Below are positions 9,491 to 20,397 of a stretch of DNA of 21,741 nucleotides, piece after piece. The stretch lies in the NCBI GenBank assembly GCA_030141605.1, contig JAQGDQ010002477.1:1-21741 (forward strand), read 5' to 3'. Made by a program: the position numbers and the translations under genes. How positions within the stretch are numbered: position 1 is the stretch's first letter; each line of letters opens with the position of its first letter. The notes under the pieces are model-generated. The model ran no database searches. It had not been told where the DNA came from and saw nothing but the letters and a program-made list of their open reading frames with translations. This DNA comes from Tubiluchus corallicola (Eukaryota; Animalia; Priapulida).

Positions 9491-10942
9491 TTACATTAAT
9501 TTTTCATATAATTTTTTATATTCTTTTGCTGAATTAACCCAGCTATTGTCAGAATCAAATGCATTATACATAAGCCGTCTCCACTTTTCTTTGTCTGATT
9601 TGTAAAGGTTTATAGCTTCTTTTATTACATATAGCATATCATGAGCATTGTAGTTTTCAAAAGTAAATCCATTTCCTATGCATTTACTTTTATAATCGCA
9701 TAACTCAAGATCAAATGATAAAACACTATCTTTTAAACCTCCTATTTCTCTGACAATAGGTATAGTTCCATATCTCATTGCAATCATTTGAGACAAGCCA
9801 CATGGCTCAAATAATGAAGGCATTAATATTATGTCAGAACCTGCGTAAAGTTTTTTAGAAAGAGTATTTGAAAATGCTATTATAGAAGAAAAATTATCTT
9901 TAATATGACTATAAGTTTTAAATAGGTCTTCATATTCAGGAAGCCCTGTTCCTAAAATAACCAATTGCATATCTAAATTTAATATTTCTTCTAGTACATG
10001 AGTTACTAAATCAAACCCTTTTTGCTTAGTAAGCCTAGATATAATTGAAACCATAGGTATACTTCCATTTACTTCTAAACCAAGTTCTCTTTGAAGAGCA
10101 AGCTTGTTTTCAATTTTTTTATTTAAATCTTCTTTATTATACTTAACATAGATTTCATTGTCTACATAAGGATCGTATGTTGAGTAATCAATACCATTTA
10201 GAATGCCTTTAAACTTATCAGACTCTAAAGATTTAAATATACCATGAAGGCCTTCTCCGAAAAAGCTTAGTTTCACCTCTTGAGCATAACTTGGGCTAAC
10301 TGTTGTTACAAAATCTGAATACATTATACCACTTTTCATGTATGACACGCTGTCATAAAACTTTAGCCCATTTTCATTAAAATAGCTTTGTTCTATTCCT
10401 AAAACATTGTCCAGAATGCTTTTAGGAAATATTCCTTGATACTTTAAATTATGAATAGTGTATACAGTTTTAGTATGCTTTAACTTTGGGAGGTGTTTAT
10501 AAAATCTATTTAAATATAATGACAATAACCCAGTATGCCAATCGTTACAATGTATAATATCAGGTTTAAAATCGTCCATATAACTAATAGAATCAAGAAC
10601 TGCTTTTACAAAATAAGCAAATCTCTCAGCATCATCGTATTCTCCATAAATAGAATATCTATTAAAATAATACTGGTTATCTATAAAGTAATATGTGATA
10701 TTTTCATAGTTTAATTCTTTTAATCCACAGTATTGATGCCTCCATCCAACAGAAACATTAAATTCTACTTTGGTTTTAATTTTTTCAGTATACTTAGATG
10801 GTATTATAGAATAGTACGGCATAATAACTCTAACATGAACATTTAACTTTTGTAATGCTTTTGGAAGAGATGAAACAACATCTGCTAGACCGCCTGTTTT
10901 TAAAAAAGGATATGCTTCACTTGCTACTAATAAAATATTCAT
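9491..10942 (-). CDS. glgA: Glycogen synthase
   Basis: KTGGLADV, HCNDWHT, TIHNL.YQG and PSLFEPCGLSQ motifs. Confidence 0.97.
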   Translation of the reverse strand: MNILLVASEAYPFLKTGGLADVVSSLPKALQKLNVHVRVIMPYYSIIPSKYTEKIKTKVEFNVSVGWRHQYCGLKELNYENITYYFIDNQYYFNRYSIYGEYDDAERFAYFVKAVLDSISYMDDFKPDIIHCNDWHTGLLSLYLNRFYKHLPKLKHTKTVYTIHNLKYQGIFPKSILDNVLGIEQSYFNENGLKFYDSVSYMKSGIMYSDFVTTVSPSYAQEVKLSFFGEGLHGIFKSLESDKFKGILNGIDYSTYDPYVDNEIYVKYNKEDLNKKIENKLALQRELGLEVNGSIPMVSIISRLTKQKGFDLVTHVLEEILNLDMQLVILGTGLPEYEDLFKTYSHIKDNFSSIIAFSNTLSKKLYAGSDIILMPSLFEPCGLSQMIAMRYGTIPIVREIGGLKDSVLSFDLELCDYKSKCIGNGFTFENYNAHDMLYVIKEAINLYKSDKEKWRRLMYNAFDSDNSWVNSAKEYKKLYEKLM

Positions 10943-10953
10943 AAAAATCTCCT

Positions 10954-12085
10954 TTAATAATTTTCAAAATCTATGTCATGTATAAGTAATTTTTTTTCAA
11001 TTACCTGAGGATTTTCTTTAGTTGACATATATTCCTGGCTTTCGTTTATAGTGACATTTTTATCAATAATCATATTCTTTATTACAGAATTTTTTTTAAC
11101 TAATATATCTTGAATTAATATAGAGTTTTCAACAAAGGCGCCCTCCTCAACTGTTACATTTCTTCCAAGGACACTATTAATGACATTTCCCTTTATTACA
11201 CATCCATTTGCAATTAAAGAATTTTTAATATTACAATTTTCTTTAAATAAAGCTGGAGGAGAATCCTTTACCTTAGTGTATATCCTTCCATTTGAAAAGA
11301 ATAGTTCATTTTTTATTTTAGGTTTTAACATATCCATATTTAAATTGTAGTATTCTTTTATAGAGTTGATACATCTTAAATATCCATCAAATTCATAAAA
11401 GTTTACTTTTAAGTCAGGATTTTTTTTAATGTATTCATAAATAGAATATTTTATAGGATTAGAATCGTCTGTATCAATATATTTTCTAGTCATCTCTATA
11501 AGTATTTTTGTCCATAAAAAACATTTCTGTTAAAATATTAGCATCTTTATTTTGCCCTTTATTAACATCAAATAAAATATTACCATTAGCCTCTTCAAAT
11601 GTATCACAGCCTAAAAATTCATGGTATCCATTGCTAGTTTTTTTGTATACAAGGGTTATTTGTGCTTTGCTTTCTTCGTGAATTTTGGCTATTTTTTCAT
11701 AATCAATATTACAGATCATATAAGATGAGGTCACAAGAACTTTTTCTTGTCTTCTTTTTACTAAGTATTCAAGTGCAGCTTCCATCATTTGATTTTTCTT
11801 TTCTGAAGTATCTTCTAAAAATAAAAAAGTAAAAAGGCCTCCTAGTTTTCGATCTAAATCCCATGGCTTCCCTGTGCCAAGATGGTCTTTAAGTGAGTTT
11901 GAATTTTCTCTTGTATACACTGCAATATCAGCTATGTCTGAATTTACTAAATTAGAAAGAACAAAATCTATTACTCTAAATCTCCCACCCACAGGTATAG
12001 TTGCAATTGGTCTTGCTAAAGTTAGCGGCTTTATATCTTCTTTACTTTCTCTAATTGACAATATCCCTAAGTATTCGTAAAACAT
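10954..12085 (-). CDS. glgD: Glucose-1-phosphate adenylyltransferase subunit GlgD; split by a 1-nt frameshift at about 11505-11509
   Basis: N-half LTLARPIATIPVGGRFRVIDFVLSN..GKPWDLDRK; C-half YYNLNMDML..IYTKVKDSPP..NSLIANGC. Adding one A to the A5 run fuses them (MDKKILIEMTRKY). Position between glgC and glgA. Confidence 0.9.
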
Positions 12086-12097
12086 CCTTCACCTCTT

Positions 12098-13240
12098 TTA
12101 TATAATTTTAGAATTTTTACATATTTCTTTCCCATTTTCAATAACTGCAACGTTAATCCCATTTCCAACTATTACATTTTCTTTTAATATAGATTTGTGA
12201 CCAATAATAGATTTTTTAATTATACATTTGCTATTTATTATGGAATCTGGAAAAATGATGGAGTTTTCAATGATTGCATTTTCTCCTATAAAGACTCCTG
12301 GAAATAGTATTGAGTTTTTTACTGAACCTAATATGGTACACCCTTCTAGTACCATAGAATTAGAAATAAAAGCATTTTCACCGATAAACTGAGGAGGGTT
12401 TGGGGTTTCAGGGGAGTATATTTTCCAAGAGCTATCAAATATGTCTAGTTCATTATTTTCATTTAAAAGATCCATATGTGCTTCCCAAAGGCTTTTTATT
12501 GTACCTACATCTTTCCAATATCCGCTAAATGGGTAAGCATATATATTTAAATTAGCTTCTAACATTTTAGGGATTATGTTTTTACCAAAGTCATTATTTG
12601 ATTCTTTGTCTTGCTCATCAATGGTTAAAACTTTTTTTAGTGTTTCCCATGAAAATACATAAACTCCCATAGAAGCAAGAGTACTTTTAGGATTTTCTGG
12701 TTTTTCATCAAAGCTATTTACTTTAAAATTTTCATCTGTATTCATTATTCCAAACCTAGAAGCCTCATCTAAAGAAACATCTAGTACAGCAATTGTTGCA
12801 TCAGCTTTTTTTTCTATATGATAATTTATTATTCCTTCGTAGTTCATTTTATAAATATGATCTCCAGATAATATAAGTACATACTTAGGGTTATATCTAT
12901 CAATAAATGAAAAATTTGATAGATAGCATTTAGCAGTTCCCTTATACCATCTACCTCCATCTTCTTTAGTATAAGGTGGTAAAACTGATACACCTCCAAA
13001 ACTCCTATCTAAGTCCCAGGAATTCCTATTCCAATATGTATTTAATTCAAATGGCTCATATTGAGTTAAAATTCCAACAGTGTCTATACCTGAGTTTGAG
13101 CAATTACTTAAAGAAAAATCAATAATTCTATATCTACCGCCAAAATGTATTGCAGGTTTTGCAATTGTTTTAGTTAAAGGATAAAGTCTACTTCCTTGCC
13201 CACCTGCCAGGATCATTGCAACTACATCTTTTCTTTTCAT
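12098..13240 (-). CDS. glgC: Glucose-1-phosphate adenylyltransferase
   Basis: [45 protein letters not shown] and YWKDVGT. Two short garbled patches are consistent with compensating indels. Confidence 0.97.
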   Translation of the reverse strand: MKRKDVVAMILAGGQGSRLYPLTKTIAKPAIHFGGRYRIIDFSLSNCSNSGIDTVGILTQYEPFELNTYWNRNSWDLDRSFGGVSVLPPYTKEDGGRWYKGTAKCYLSNFSFIDRYNPKYVLILSGDHIYKMNYEGIINYHIEKKADATIAVLDVSLDEASRFGIMNTDENFKVNSFDEKPENPKSTLASMGVYVFSWETLKKVLTIDEQDKESNNDFGKNIIPKMLEANLNIYAYPFSGYWKDVGTIKSLWEAHMDLLNENNELDIFDSSWKIYSPETPNPPQFIGENAFISNSMVLEGCTILGSVKNSILFPGVFIGENAIIENSIIFPDSIINSKCIIKKSIIGHKSILKENVIVGNGINVAVIENGKEICKNSKII

Positions 13241-13261
13241 AAATTAAACACCTCTTTATAT

Positions 13262-15130
13262 TTAGTTTACAGGTTTAAAATATACTGTAGCTAATGGAGG
13301 AAGATTTACATTTATATAAGCAGGGAAATTTTTCCACTGCCCTTCAGTAGCATATATTTCTCCATGATTTATAATGTTATGTCCTCCATATTCATATTTA
13401 TCACTATTTAAAATTTCTATGTATTTTCCAAGAGAAGGTACTCCAACAGAAATATATCTATGTACAGGTGTAAAATTACAAAGGGCAATTATGTGGTTGT
13501 TGTCTTCTCCTAGTCTACAAAATGCAACTCTACTTTCGTGCTCATTTTCATGTTCGATCCACCTAAATCCATCATAGCTTGTATCTATTTGCCAAAGTGC
13601 AGGTTCATTTTTATACAAATGATTTAAATCTCTACAAAAATTTTGTAATTCTTTATGTTTGGGGAAATCTAATAAGTGCCAATCAAGGCTATAATCAGAC
13701 TTCCATTCGTCAAATTGACCAAACTCCCCTCCCATAAATAGAAGTTTTTTCCCAGGGTGAGCCATCATATATCCATAAAATGTTTTTAAATTACTAAATT
13801 TATCATCATAATATCCAGGCATTTTATCAATTAATGATTTTTTTAAGTGTACGACCTCATCATGGGAAAGAGGTAGTATAAAGTTTTCAGAAAAAGCATA
13901 CATTAATGAAAAGGTAATTAAATTATGATGATACTTTTTATAAATGGAGTCTAATTCCATATATCTTATCATATCATTCATCCAACCCATGTTCCACTTG
14001 AAATTAAAAGCAAGTCCTCCCATTTCTTTAGGTTTAGAAACATTTCCCCAAGAGGTTGATTCTTCAGCAATCATAAGAGAAGATGGGTATTCTAAAAATA
14101 TTGCACTATTTAGATCTTGTAAAAATTCAATAGCCATTAGATTTTCATTTCCACCATATTTATTTTTTAATTCGTAATGAGATTCTTTTCCAAAGTCTAA
14201 ATATAGCATATTTGATACAGCATCAACTCTAATGCCATCTATATGATATTTTTCTATCCAAAACATTGCACTTGATATAAGAAAGCTTTTGACCTCATTT
14301 CTACTTAAATCAAAATTTGATGTCCCCCAAGAAAAATTTTCCCTTAAAAGATAGCTATCGTACTCATATAAGAATGAACCGTCAAACCTAGATAAGCCAT
14401 GGCTGTCTTTACAAAAGTGTCCAGGGACCCAATCTAATATAACCCCTATATCATTTTGATGAAACTTATCAACAAAATATTTTAAATCATCAGGTTCTCC
14501 AAATCTACTAGTTACAGAATAATAGCCAGTGGTTTGATAGCCCCATGAATCATCTAATGGGTGTTCTGTGATAGGCAAAATTTCAATATGTGTATACCCC
14601 ATATACTTAACATAATCTACCAATTCATCAGCAAGAATTCTATAATTTAAAAACTCGTTTGAAAGGCTACGCTTCCATGAGCCTAAGTGTACTTCGAAAA
14701 TATTTATTGGGCTTTCATGTGGGTTGAAGTGCCTTTTGTTTTCTTGCCATAAGTGATCATTCCACTTATATTTTTCCATATTAATGACTATGGAATCAGT
14801 TCGTGGTCTATATTCAGTATAAAATGCATAGGGATCAGACTTTAAAAGGATTTCATCTTGATATGATACTATTCTGTATTTGTATGAATCCCATTCTTTT
14901 ACTCCTGGAATGAATCCAGACCATAACCCTTCAAAGTTTTCTTTAGTTAGCTCGCCTCTAGGAAATTCCCAATTATTAAAAGAGCCTATTACATTAACAT
15001 ACTTTGCATTTGGTGCCCATACTCTAAAATAGGCTCCACTTTCTCCATTAACCTTTGTCAAATGGCACCCCATAAAGTTATAACTTTTATAGTTTTTGCC
15101 CTCATGGAATAAATACTTTGCTAATTCCAT
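13262..15130 (-). CDS. glgB: 1,4-alpha-glucan branching enzyme (GH13)
   Basis: FRVWAPNA, EVHLGSW, SWGYQ, DWVPGHF, DGIRVDAV, AEEST and LSHDEVVH. AGGAGG spacing favours ATG 15130 over 15136. Confidence 0.97.
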   Translation of the reverse strand: MELAKYLFHEGKNYKSYNFMGCHLTKVNGESGAYFRVWAPNAKYVNVIGSFNNWEFPRGELTKENFEGLWSGFIPGVKEWDSYKYRIVSYQDEILLKSDPYAFYTEYRPRTDSIVINMEKYKWNDHLWQENKRHFNPHESPINIFEVHLGSWKRSLSNEFLNYRILADELVDYVKYMGYTHIEILPITEHPLDDSWGYQTTGYYSVTSRFGEPDDLKYFVDKFHQNDIGVILDWVPGHFCKDSHGLSRFDGSFLYEYDSYLLRENFSWGTSNFDLSRNEVKSFLISSAMFWIEKYHIDGIRVDAVSNMLYLDFGKESHYELKNKYGGNENLMAIEFLQDLNSAIFLEYPSSLMIAEESTSWGNVSKPKEMGGLAFNFKWNMGWMNDMIRYMELDSIYKKYHHNLITFSLMYAFSENFILPLSHDEVVHLKKSLIDKMPGYYDDKFSNLKTFYGYMMAHPGKKLLFMGGEFGQFDEWKSDYSLDWHLLDFPKHKELQNFCRDLNHLYKNEPALWQIDTSYDGFRWIEHENEHESRVAFCRLGEDNNHIIALCNFTPVHRYISVGVPSLGKYIEILNSDKYEYGGHNIINHGEIYATEGQWKNFPAYINVNLPPLATVYFKPVN

Positions 15131-15164
15131 ACACATCCCTCCTAAAGTATAAGTTATTTTTATA

Positions 15165-16913
15165 TTAATTTTTTAATAGCCAACAATTTTTTATTCTCTT
15201 TTCTATTCCACATCTTAAACATTTTTCTCTGCAATCAATAGTTGATTTTTCTAGATTACTTTTTTTATACTCAGAGATTAAAAACTCTTTAGAAACTCCA
15301 ATGTCAATAAAATCCCACGGAAGTTTTTCAGAAATATTTTTTTCAGAAAAATAACTTTCTTTATTTAAGTTAAGCTCTTCTATTTTATCACTCCATAAAG
15401 AGTAAGAGTATTTACAGCTTTTGTATCCAGCCTTCCAAACTTCATATATTAGTTTTCCTATCTTTTCATCACCTCTTGATAAAAAGCCTTCGATATATGA
15501 AGTTTCTTTATTGTGTATTTTTAATGTTACATTTTTCATTTTGTAGAAAAGTTTTTTTAGTTGTATATGTATGCGCTCCATTTCTTCAAGGTTAGCCTGT
15601 TTACACCACTGAAAAGGAGTATGGGCTTTTGGAATAAAATTGGAAATACTAACTGTTATCTGCACTTTTTTTGAATGTAATTTACAATGGTATAAAATTT
15701 TTTTTATTAATTCGTATATACCTTTTATATCATCTTGATTTTCATTTGGCAAACCTATCATAAAGTAAAATTTTAAGTTATGCCAGCCTGATTTAACAGC
15801 TTCTTTTGCTGTTTCAATTATATCACTTTCTGTTATGTTTTTGTTTACGACCTTTCTCATTTTATTGCTACCTACCTCAGGAGCAAATGTAAAACCTGTT
15901 TTTTTTCCTCCCTTAGCTATAGATTTTGCTATATTTACAGAGTTTAAGTTCATTCTAAGTGATGGTAATGAAATACCTATATGCTTATTATTATATTCTA
16001 TGTTTAGTCTGTTAATTAGTTTGTCTATTTTACTGTAATCAGTACTGCTAAGTGAAGCTAAAGACACATTATTATACCCTGTGCTTTTTAATAATTTATT
16101 TATAAATTCAAAGTTATTTTCAACTGATCTTTCTCTAAGGGGTCTATAAGTGTAGCCTGCTTGACAAAACCTGCATCCTTTAGTACAACCCCTTTGAATT
16201 TCTGTTATTCCTCTATCGTGAACAATATCTATAAATGGAACTACTTGCTCTTCATAGTAACTATAGTCATCAAAATCTACAACTATGGATTTATTGATTG
16301 TGTTACCATTATATAATTCAGGAATGTAAACTCCTGCTATAGGTTTTATTTTTTCTAATTTTTCTTTTCTGGGTAAACTTTTAAACTTTTCTAGTGTTTT
16401 TACTATTGCCTTAAGAGTTGCTTCTCCGTCCCCAATGACAAAAACGTCTATAAAATCTTTAACTGGTGCAGGATTAACACAGCAAGTTCCCCCAGCTATT
16501 ATTATAGGGTCATTTTCATCCCTGTGTTTTGAATAAATAGAAATATCGCTTAATTTGAGTATAGTGAGTACATTGATATAGCTTATTTCATAAGAGAGAG
16601 AGAAACCTATAAAGTCAAGTTTTTTTAATAAAGTTTTACTTTCTAGAGTAAACATATTTAAATTATTTTTTTTCATAATATCAATCATGTCATTCATAGG
16701 AAGAAAAGCTCTTTCCATATATATATTAGGTAGTTTATTTATAATACTATATAGAATTTGTATTCCTAGATTAGACATGCCTACTTCATAAATATCTGGA
16801 AAAACAATGGCTCCATGTAAATTGTAATCTTTTTTATGTATGGAATTAACTTCTATACCTAGATATTGACTAGGTTTTTCAATGTCTAATAAGTATTTAT
16901 TAATATCGAGCAT
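15165..16913 (-). CDS. B12-binding radical SAM protein (TIGR03960-like)
   Basis: FPDIYEVGMSNLG, radical SAM triad RGCTKGCRFCQAG, FTFAPE, KFYFMIGLP, PKAHTPFQW and C-terminal CREKCLRCG. Confidence 0.88.
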   Translation of the reverse strand: MLDINKYLLDIEKPSQYLGIEVNSIHKKDYNLHGAIVFPDIYEVGMSNLGIQILYSIINKLPNIYMERAFLPMNDMIDIMKKNNLNMFTLESKTLLKKLDFIGFSLSYEISYINVLTILKLSDISIYSKHRDENDPIIIAGGTCCVNPAPVKDFIDVFVIGDGEATLKAIVKTLEKFKSLPRKEKLEKIKPIAGVYIPELYNGNTINKSIVVDFDDYSYYEEQVVPFIDIVHDRGITEIQRGCTKGCRFCQAGYTYRPLRERSVENNFEFINKLLKSTGYNNVSLASLSSTDYSKIDKLINRLNIEYNNKHIGISLPSLRMNLNSVNIAKSIAKGGKKTGFTFAPEVGSNKMRKVVNKNITESDIIETAKEAVKSGWHNLKFYFMIGLPNENQDDIKGIYELIKKILYHCKLHSKKVQITVSISNFIPKAHTPFQWCKQANLEEMERIHIQLKKLFYKMKNVTLKIHNKETSYIEGFLSRGDEKIGKLIYEVWKAGYKSCKYSYSLWSDKIEELNLNKESYFSEKNISEKLPWDFIDIGVSKEFLISEYKKSNLEKSTIDCREKCLRCGIEKRIKNCWLLKN

Positions 16914-17203
16914 ATAGACTCCTTTATGTTGTTAGGGTTAGTTAGAAATTCTAAAATTTAGATATTTTTTATATAAATCATTATATTTTAAATTGTATCA
17001 AGCTTTATTAAATTTAAATAATCTTTCTTATTTTATTAGTTTACAATATTTTTATAAAAAATACTATAAAAACTTAAGTTATATTTATTTGGAGCGATCT
17101 AATTACTTTATTTTTCTTAAGTTTTTATTCAACTATTTGGTTTTTTCTGATATAATATTCTAGATTATAATTTTTGTTAATAAAATTTATGAAGGAGATA
17201 CTC

Positions 17204-17689
17204 ATGAATGACAAATATGATCAGTTATTAAAAGAGTATGTAGAAGATATCATTAAGTTAAATAAAAATGAATCTGTGATTAATCCAATTAGTACCACAT
17301 ATAAAGCATATGCTCTAGATACTGTGGAATTTTCGAAAAAAACATTTGATATTGACCTTGATTTTTCAGAAAATAGTATCAAAAAAGTAGAAAAGATGCT
17401 TAATGTTTTAAACAAATCTATGATTGTTAATGAACCTACTGAAGAAGAAACTTTAACTTTGGCTAAGAAGTATACAGGATACTTAGGTGAAACGTTTATA
17501 CATTTATTAGGTGGAAATTGGATTAATGACACGAATCTAAATACAGAAAATACTCCTGACCTTAGAATTAATGGGATATACATTTCGCTTCTCCCAAAAG
17601 TTCATAAAAGGTTATTAAATGTATCTCAAGACAGTGTATGGGATTTCTATGTTCTTTTAAAAAAAAGTCTTGGAAATAAAAAAATATAG
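17204..17689 (+). CDS. Hypothetical protein (resembles DUF3806/DUF6278-type small domains)
   Basis: AAGGAG RBS before ATG 17204. Pattern LDFSENSIKKVE...GYLGETF...GGNW. The family assignment is from memory of the pattern only. Confidence 0.65.
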   Translation: MNDKYDQLLKEYVEDIIKLNKNESVINPISTTYKAYALDTVEFSKKTFDIDLDFSENSIKKVEKMLNVLNKSMIVNEPTEEETLTLAKKYTGYLGETFIHLLGGNWINDTNLNTENTPDLRINGIYISLLPKVHKRLLNVSQDSVWDFYVLLKKSLGNKKI

Positions 17690-17715
17690 ATATTACTTAA
17701 CTAAAGGTAATATGA

Positions 17716-17758
17716 AAAAAAATAAAAGAATCAATTTAACTGATTCTTTTATTTTTTT
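17716..17758. terminator. Bidirectional terminator between convergent genes
   Basis: 18-bp inverted repeat AAAAAAATAAAAGAATCA / TGATTCTTTTATTTTTTT with a 7-nt loop. Confidence 0.75.
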
Positions 17759-18747
17759 ATTAGATACTTACTGTTATAAGTTTTGTATATTTCGTATAAC
17801 TTTTCAATTTGTTTATATGAAAAGCCAATATTACTCAGTATATTAAAGTCAAATTTTTTTAAATCAATCATAAATTCAATATCATATTCTTCACAATAAT
17901 TTATAAATTTTTTATATCTAGCAAAAATAGAAGATATTAAATCGCCTTTATTTTGGTATATTTTTATAAAATATGGAATTTTGTTACGAACAATATACCT
18001 ATTAAGTACTATTTGTACCTCTTTTTTTTCTTTTTGGTTTAAGTATTCACTATCAATTATGTCTAAAAACTCTGTATTTATATCTTCAATAAACAATATA
18101 TTATATTTTGAAATAAAATTTAAAAATTCATTGTATTTTTTTTTGTTAAAAATAGCTTTTAATGGAATTTTATAATTTTTTTCTCCTATTGAAAAGTCAG
18201 AAAATTTGTTTCGTAATAATTTATTTCGATACATTAGATGGTTTATATTTTCTAAAAGTAGTTTATTTTCTTCTAATATTTTATTTTTAGTTTCTTGAGC
18301 TAAAAGAATTTCTTTTTCTATTACTTCGTGCTTATTAATATCTACTAAGTCTTTGGCTAAATTAGCTTCAACAGTCAGACTTTCAACTGCTTCCCTTAAA
18401 TGCTTAATTTCAACATTTAGCTTTTCTATTTCTTTATCTCTAACAGTACTTTGGCTATTAGAAAATGATAAATCATTTTTTTCTTTCTCTGATGCTTCCT
18501 TTAAAAAATCTGAGTTTAGTTTTAAAAGTTCTTTAATTTTAGTATCTTTACTTCTAATTTCCTTTTCTAGACTTAAAATAAACTTAGAGCTTATAGTTGC
18601 TTTTTTAATGCTTTCATTGTATTCTGTTTGTGTTTTGTTTAGGGCTTGTTTTAAATATTTTATTTCTTTATCTTTTTTATTTAACATTTCTAGAAGATCA
18701 TTTTGAGAAATATTTGTAAGCTCCTCACTATTTATAATGTTTTCCAT
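17749..18747 (-). CDS. Hypothetical protein: N-terminal coiled coil plus two C-terminal helical repeats
   Basis: Long ORF with heptad-like E/K/L N-terminal half. GGGGG SD-like run before ATG 18747 (the track starts at 18774). Confidence 0.75.
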   Translation of the reverse strand: MENIINSEELTNISQNDLLEMLNKKDKEIKYLKQALNKTQTEYNESIKKATISSKFILSLEKEIRSKDTKIKELLKLNSDFLKEASEKEKNDLSFSNSQSTVRDKEIEKLNVEIKHLREAVESLTVEANLAKDLVDINKHEVIEKEILLAQETKNKILEENKLLLENINHLMYRNKLLRNKFSDFSIGEKNYKIPLKAIFNKKKYNEFLNFISKYNILFIEDINTEFLDIIDSEYLNQKEKKEVQIVLNRYIVRNKIPYFIKIYQNKGDLISSIFARYKKFINYCEEYDIEFMIDLKKFDFNILSNIGFSYKQIEKLYEIYKTYNSKYLIKK

Positions 18748-18823
18748 TAATAAAAACCCCCATTCTAGATACATGTATAACTAAAATTTATAGATAGTAC
18801 TAGTTCGGACAAATATTTTGTTC

Positions 18824-19828
18824 CTACTCTTTTAAAAAATTTTTTATAATCCATGTATCGTTTTTCTTTACAAGCAATATCTTTTCTTTAACTTCATCAT
18901 GAACGATATTTTTTAAGTCGATGTTTTCTTTTATTTCTCTAGATAAAAGATCAACAAAAATATTGTTTTGCTCATCTTCTGATTTTTTCTTTAGGTTTTC
19001 TATTAATAGAAACTTTTGAAATGCTTGTTTAGATATTTTTTCTCTTTCGTTATTAATTTTATTTTGAAGAGATTCAGCTACAGGTTTTTCTATAGAAATT
19101 TCTACAGTACTATTATTATCTTTGAGTTCAATATTTTTTATCTCAATTTTAGTTGTAGAGAAAAAATATTTATATAGCGACTTTATTGTATTATAAGATT
19201 TTTCATTAGGGTTGTTATTTTTAATAAATTGTTCTAATTTTTCTAATTCAACTTGAAATTCACTTTTTTCCTCTCCAGCTAAGTAAATTTCTAACTCTCT
19301 AAATTCTAATCTTTTTATATGGTTATAATAACTTATGACTGCATGTTCAATATTTTTTTCGCTTACTTTAACCTTTGCATCTTTAATATCTATATTTTTT
19401 TCTTCAAGAGTTTTTTTAACATCACTATCTTCAACTATCATGGTTTTATTTTGAGGTGCTATATCTAAAGGAGGTTCTACAATATTTAAAGTTTCTTTTT
19501 CATGACCTTTCCCTTGTGATGTATTACTACTACTTTCAAATTCTAGTATTTGACTTTCTTTAATTTTTTTTTCATCTTTTTTATTTTTTAATTCCTCTTC
19601 AATACTGTGTATTTCATTACTATGTATTTCATTATCTTCTTTACTACTATGTATAACTGTGTTTTTCTTTTCTTTTTCTAAAGTTTTGAACTTTTTGTCT
19701 TTTTTATCTTTTTTTTGATCTACGATTTCTATATTTTTTACTTGTGATTTTTCCTTAGTAGTTTGTTGTGCTTTTTCTTTTGAGCACGCAAATAGTAGAA
19801 TACAAAAAATTAAAGAAAACTTCCTCAA
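18824..19828 (-). CDS. Hypothetical lipoprotein
   Basis: TTG start after GGAGGAG. MRKFSLIFCILLFA-C lipobox, charged low-complexity linker, and a C-terminal domain ending LLVKKNDTWII (NTF2-like/DUF4878-type ending). Confidence 0.8.
   Translation of the reverse strand: MRKFSLIFCILLFACSKEKAQQTTKEKSQVKNIEIVDQKKDKKDKKFKTLEKEKKNTVIHSSKEDNEIHSNEIHSIEEELKNKKDEKKIKESQILEFESSSNTSQGKGHEKETLNIVEPPLDIAPQNKTMIVEDSDVKKTLEEKNIDIKDAKVKVSEKNIEHAVISYYNHIKRLEFRELEIYLAGEEKSEFQVELEKLEQFIKNNNPNEKSYNTIKSLYKYFFSTTKIEIKNIELKDNNSTVEISIEKPVAESLQNKINNEREKISKQAFQKFLLIENLKKKSEDEQNNIFVDLLSREIKENIDLKNIVHDEVKEKILLVKKNDTWIIKNFLKE
19604..19633 (-). repeat. 15-bp tandem duplication inside the lipoprotein gene (NEIHS x2)
   Basis: ACTGTGTATTTCATT ACTATGTATTTCATT on the + strand, 14/15 identical. 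Confidence 0.7.
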
Positions 19829-19922
19829 TTCTCCTCCAGACTTAATTATTAGGTGTCAATAATAATATTATTGCATTAATATTTCAATTATGTTATTATG
19901 TTGTTAGTGAATAAAGAACATG

Positions 19923-20303
19923 CTATTTTACTGCGATAGCATCTATTTCTACTTTAACATCTCTAGGTAATCTAGCAACTTCAACGCATGCTCTTGCAGG
20001 TTTATTTTTCATAAAATAGTTTGAGTATACTTCGTTTATTTCAGTGAAGTCATTCATGTCTTTTATATATATATTTACTTTAACTACATTTTCTAAAGTG
20101 AACTGACTTTCTTCTAAAATAGCTTTTAAATTTTTTAAAGCTTGATCTGTTTGTAACCTTACTTCTTCAGATACTAACTCCATTGTTGATGGAATAAACG
20201 GGATTTGACCTGATACATATAAAACATTATCAACTTGTACTGCTTGAGAGTAAGGTCCTATAGCTTTTGGGGCTTTGTTTGTAGATATATATTTTTTATT
20301 CAT
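19923..20303 (-). CDS. ridA: RidA family reactive intermediate/imine deaminase
   Basis: APKAIGPYSQA, VSGQIP, NEVY..YF..KPARACV and VEIDAIA motifs. AGGAGG RBS. Confidence 0.95.
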   Translation of the reverse strand: MNKKYISTNKAPKAIGPYSQAVQVDNVLYVSGQIPFIPSTMELVSEEVRLQTDQALKNLKAILEESQFTLENVVKVNIYIKDMNDFTEINEVYSNYFMKNKPARACVEVARLPRDVKVEIDAIAVK

Positions 20304-20397
20304 TTTTACCTCCTAAAATTATATTTTATTTATTAACATATTTTAATACATATTTATATTAAGTTCAAATAAATTTTTTGAAAGGAGAAATTTATTA

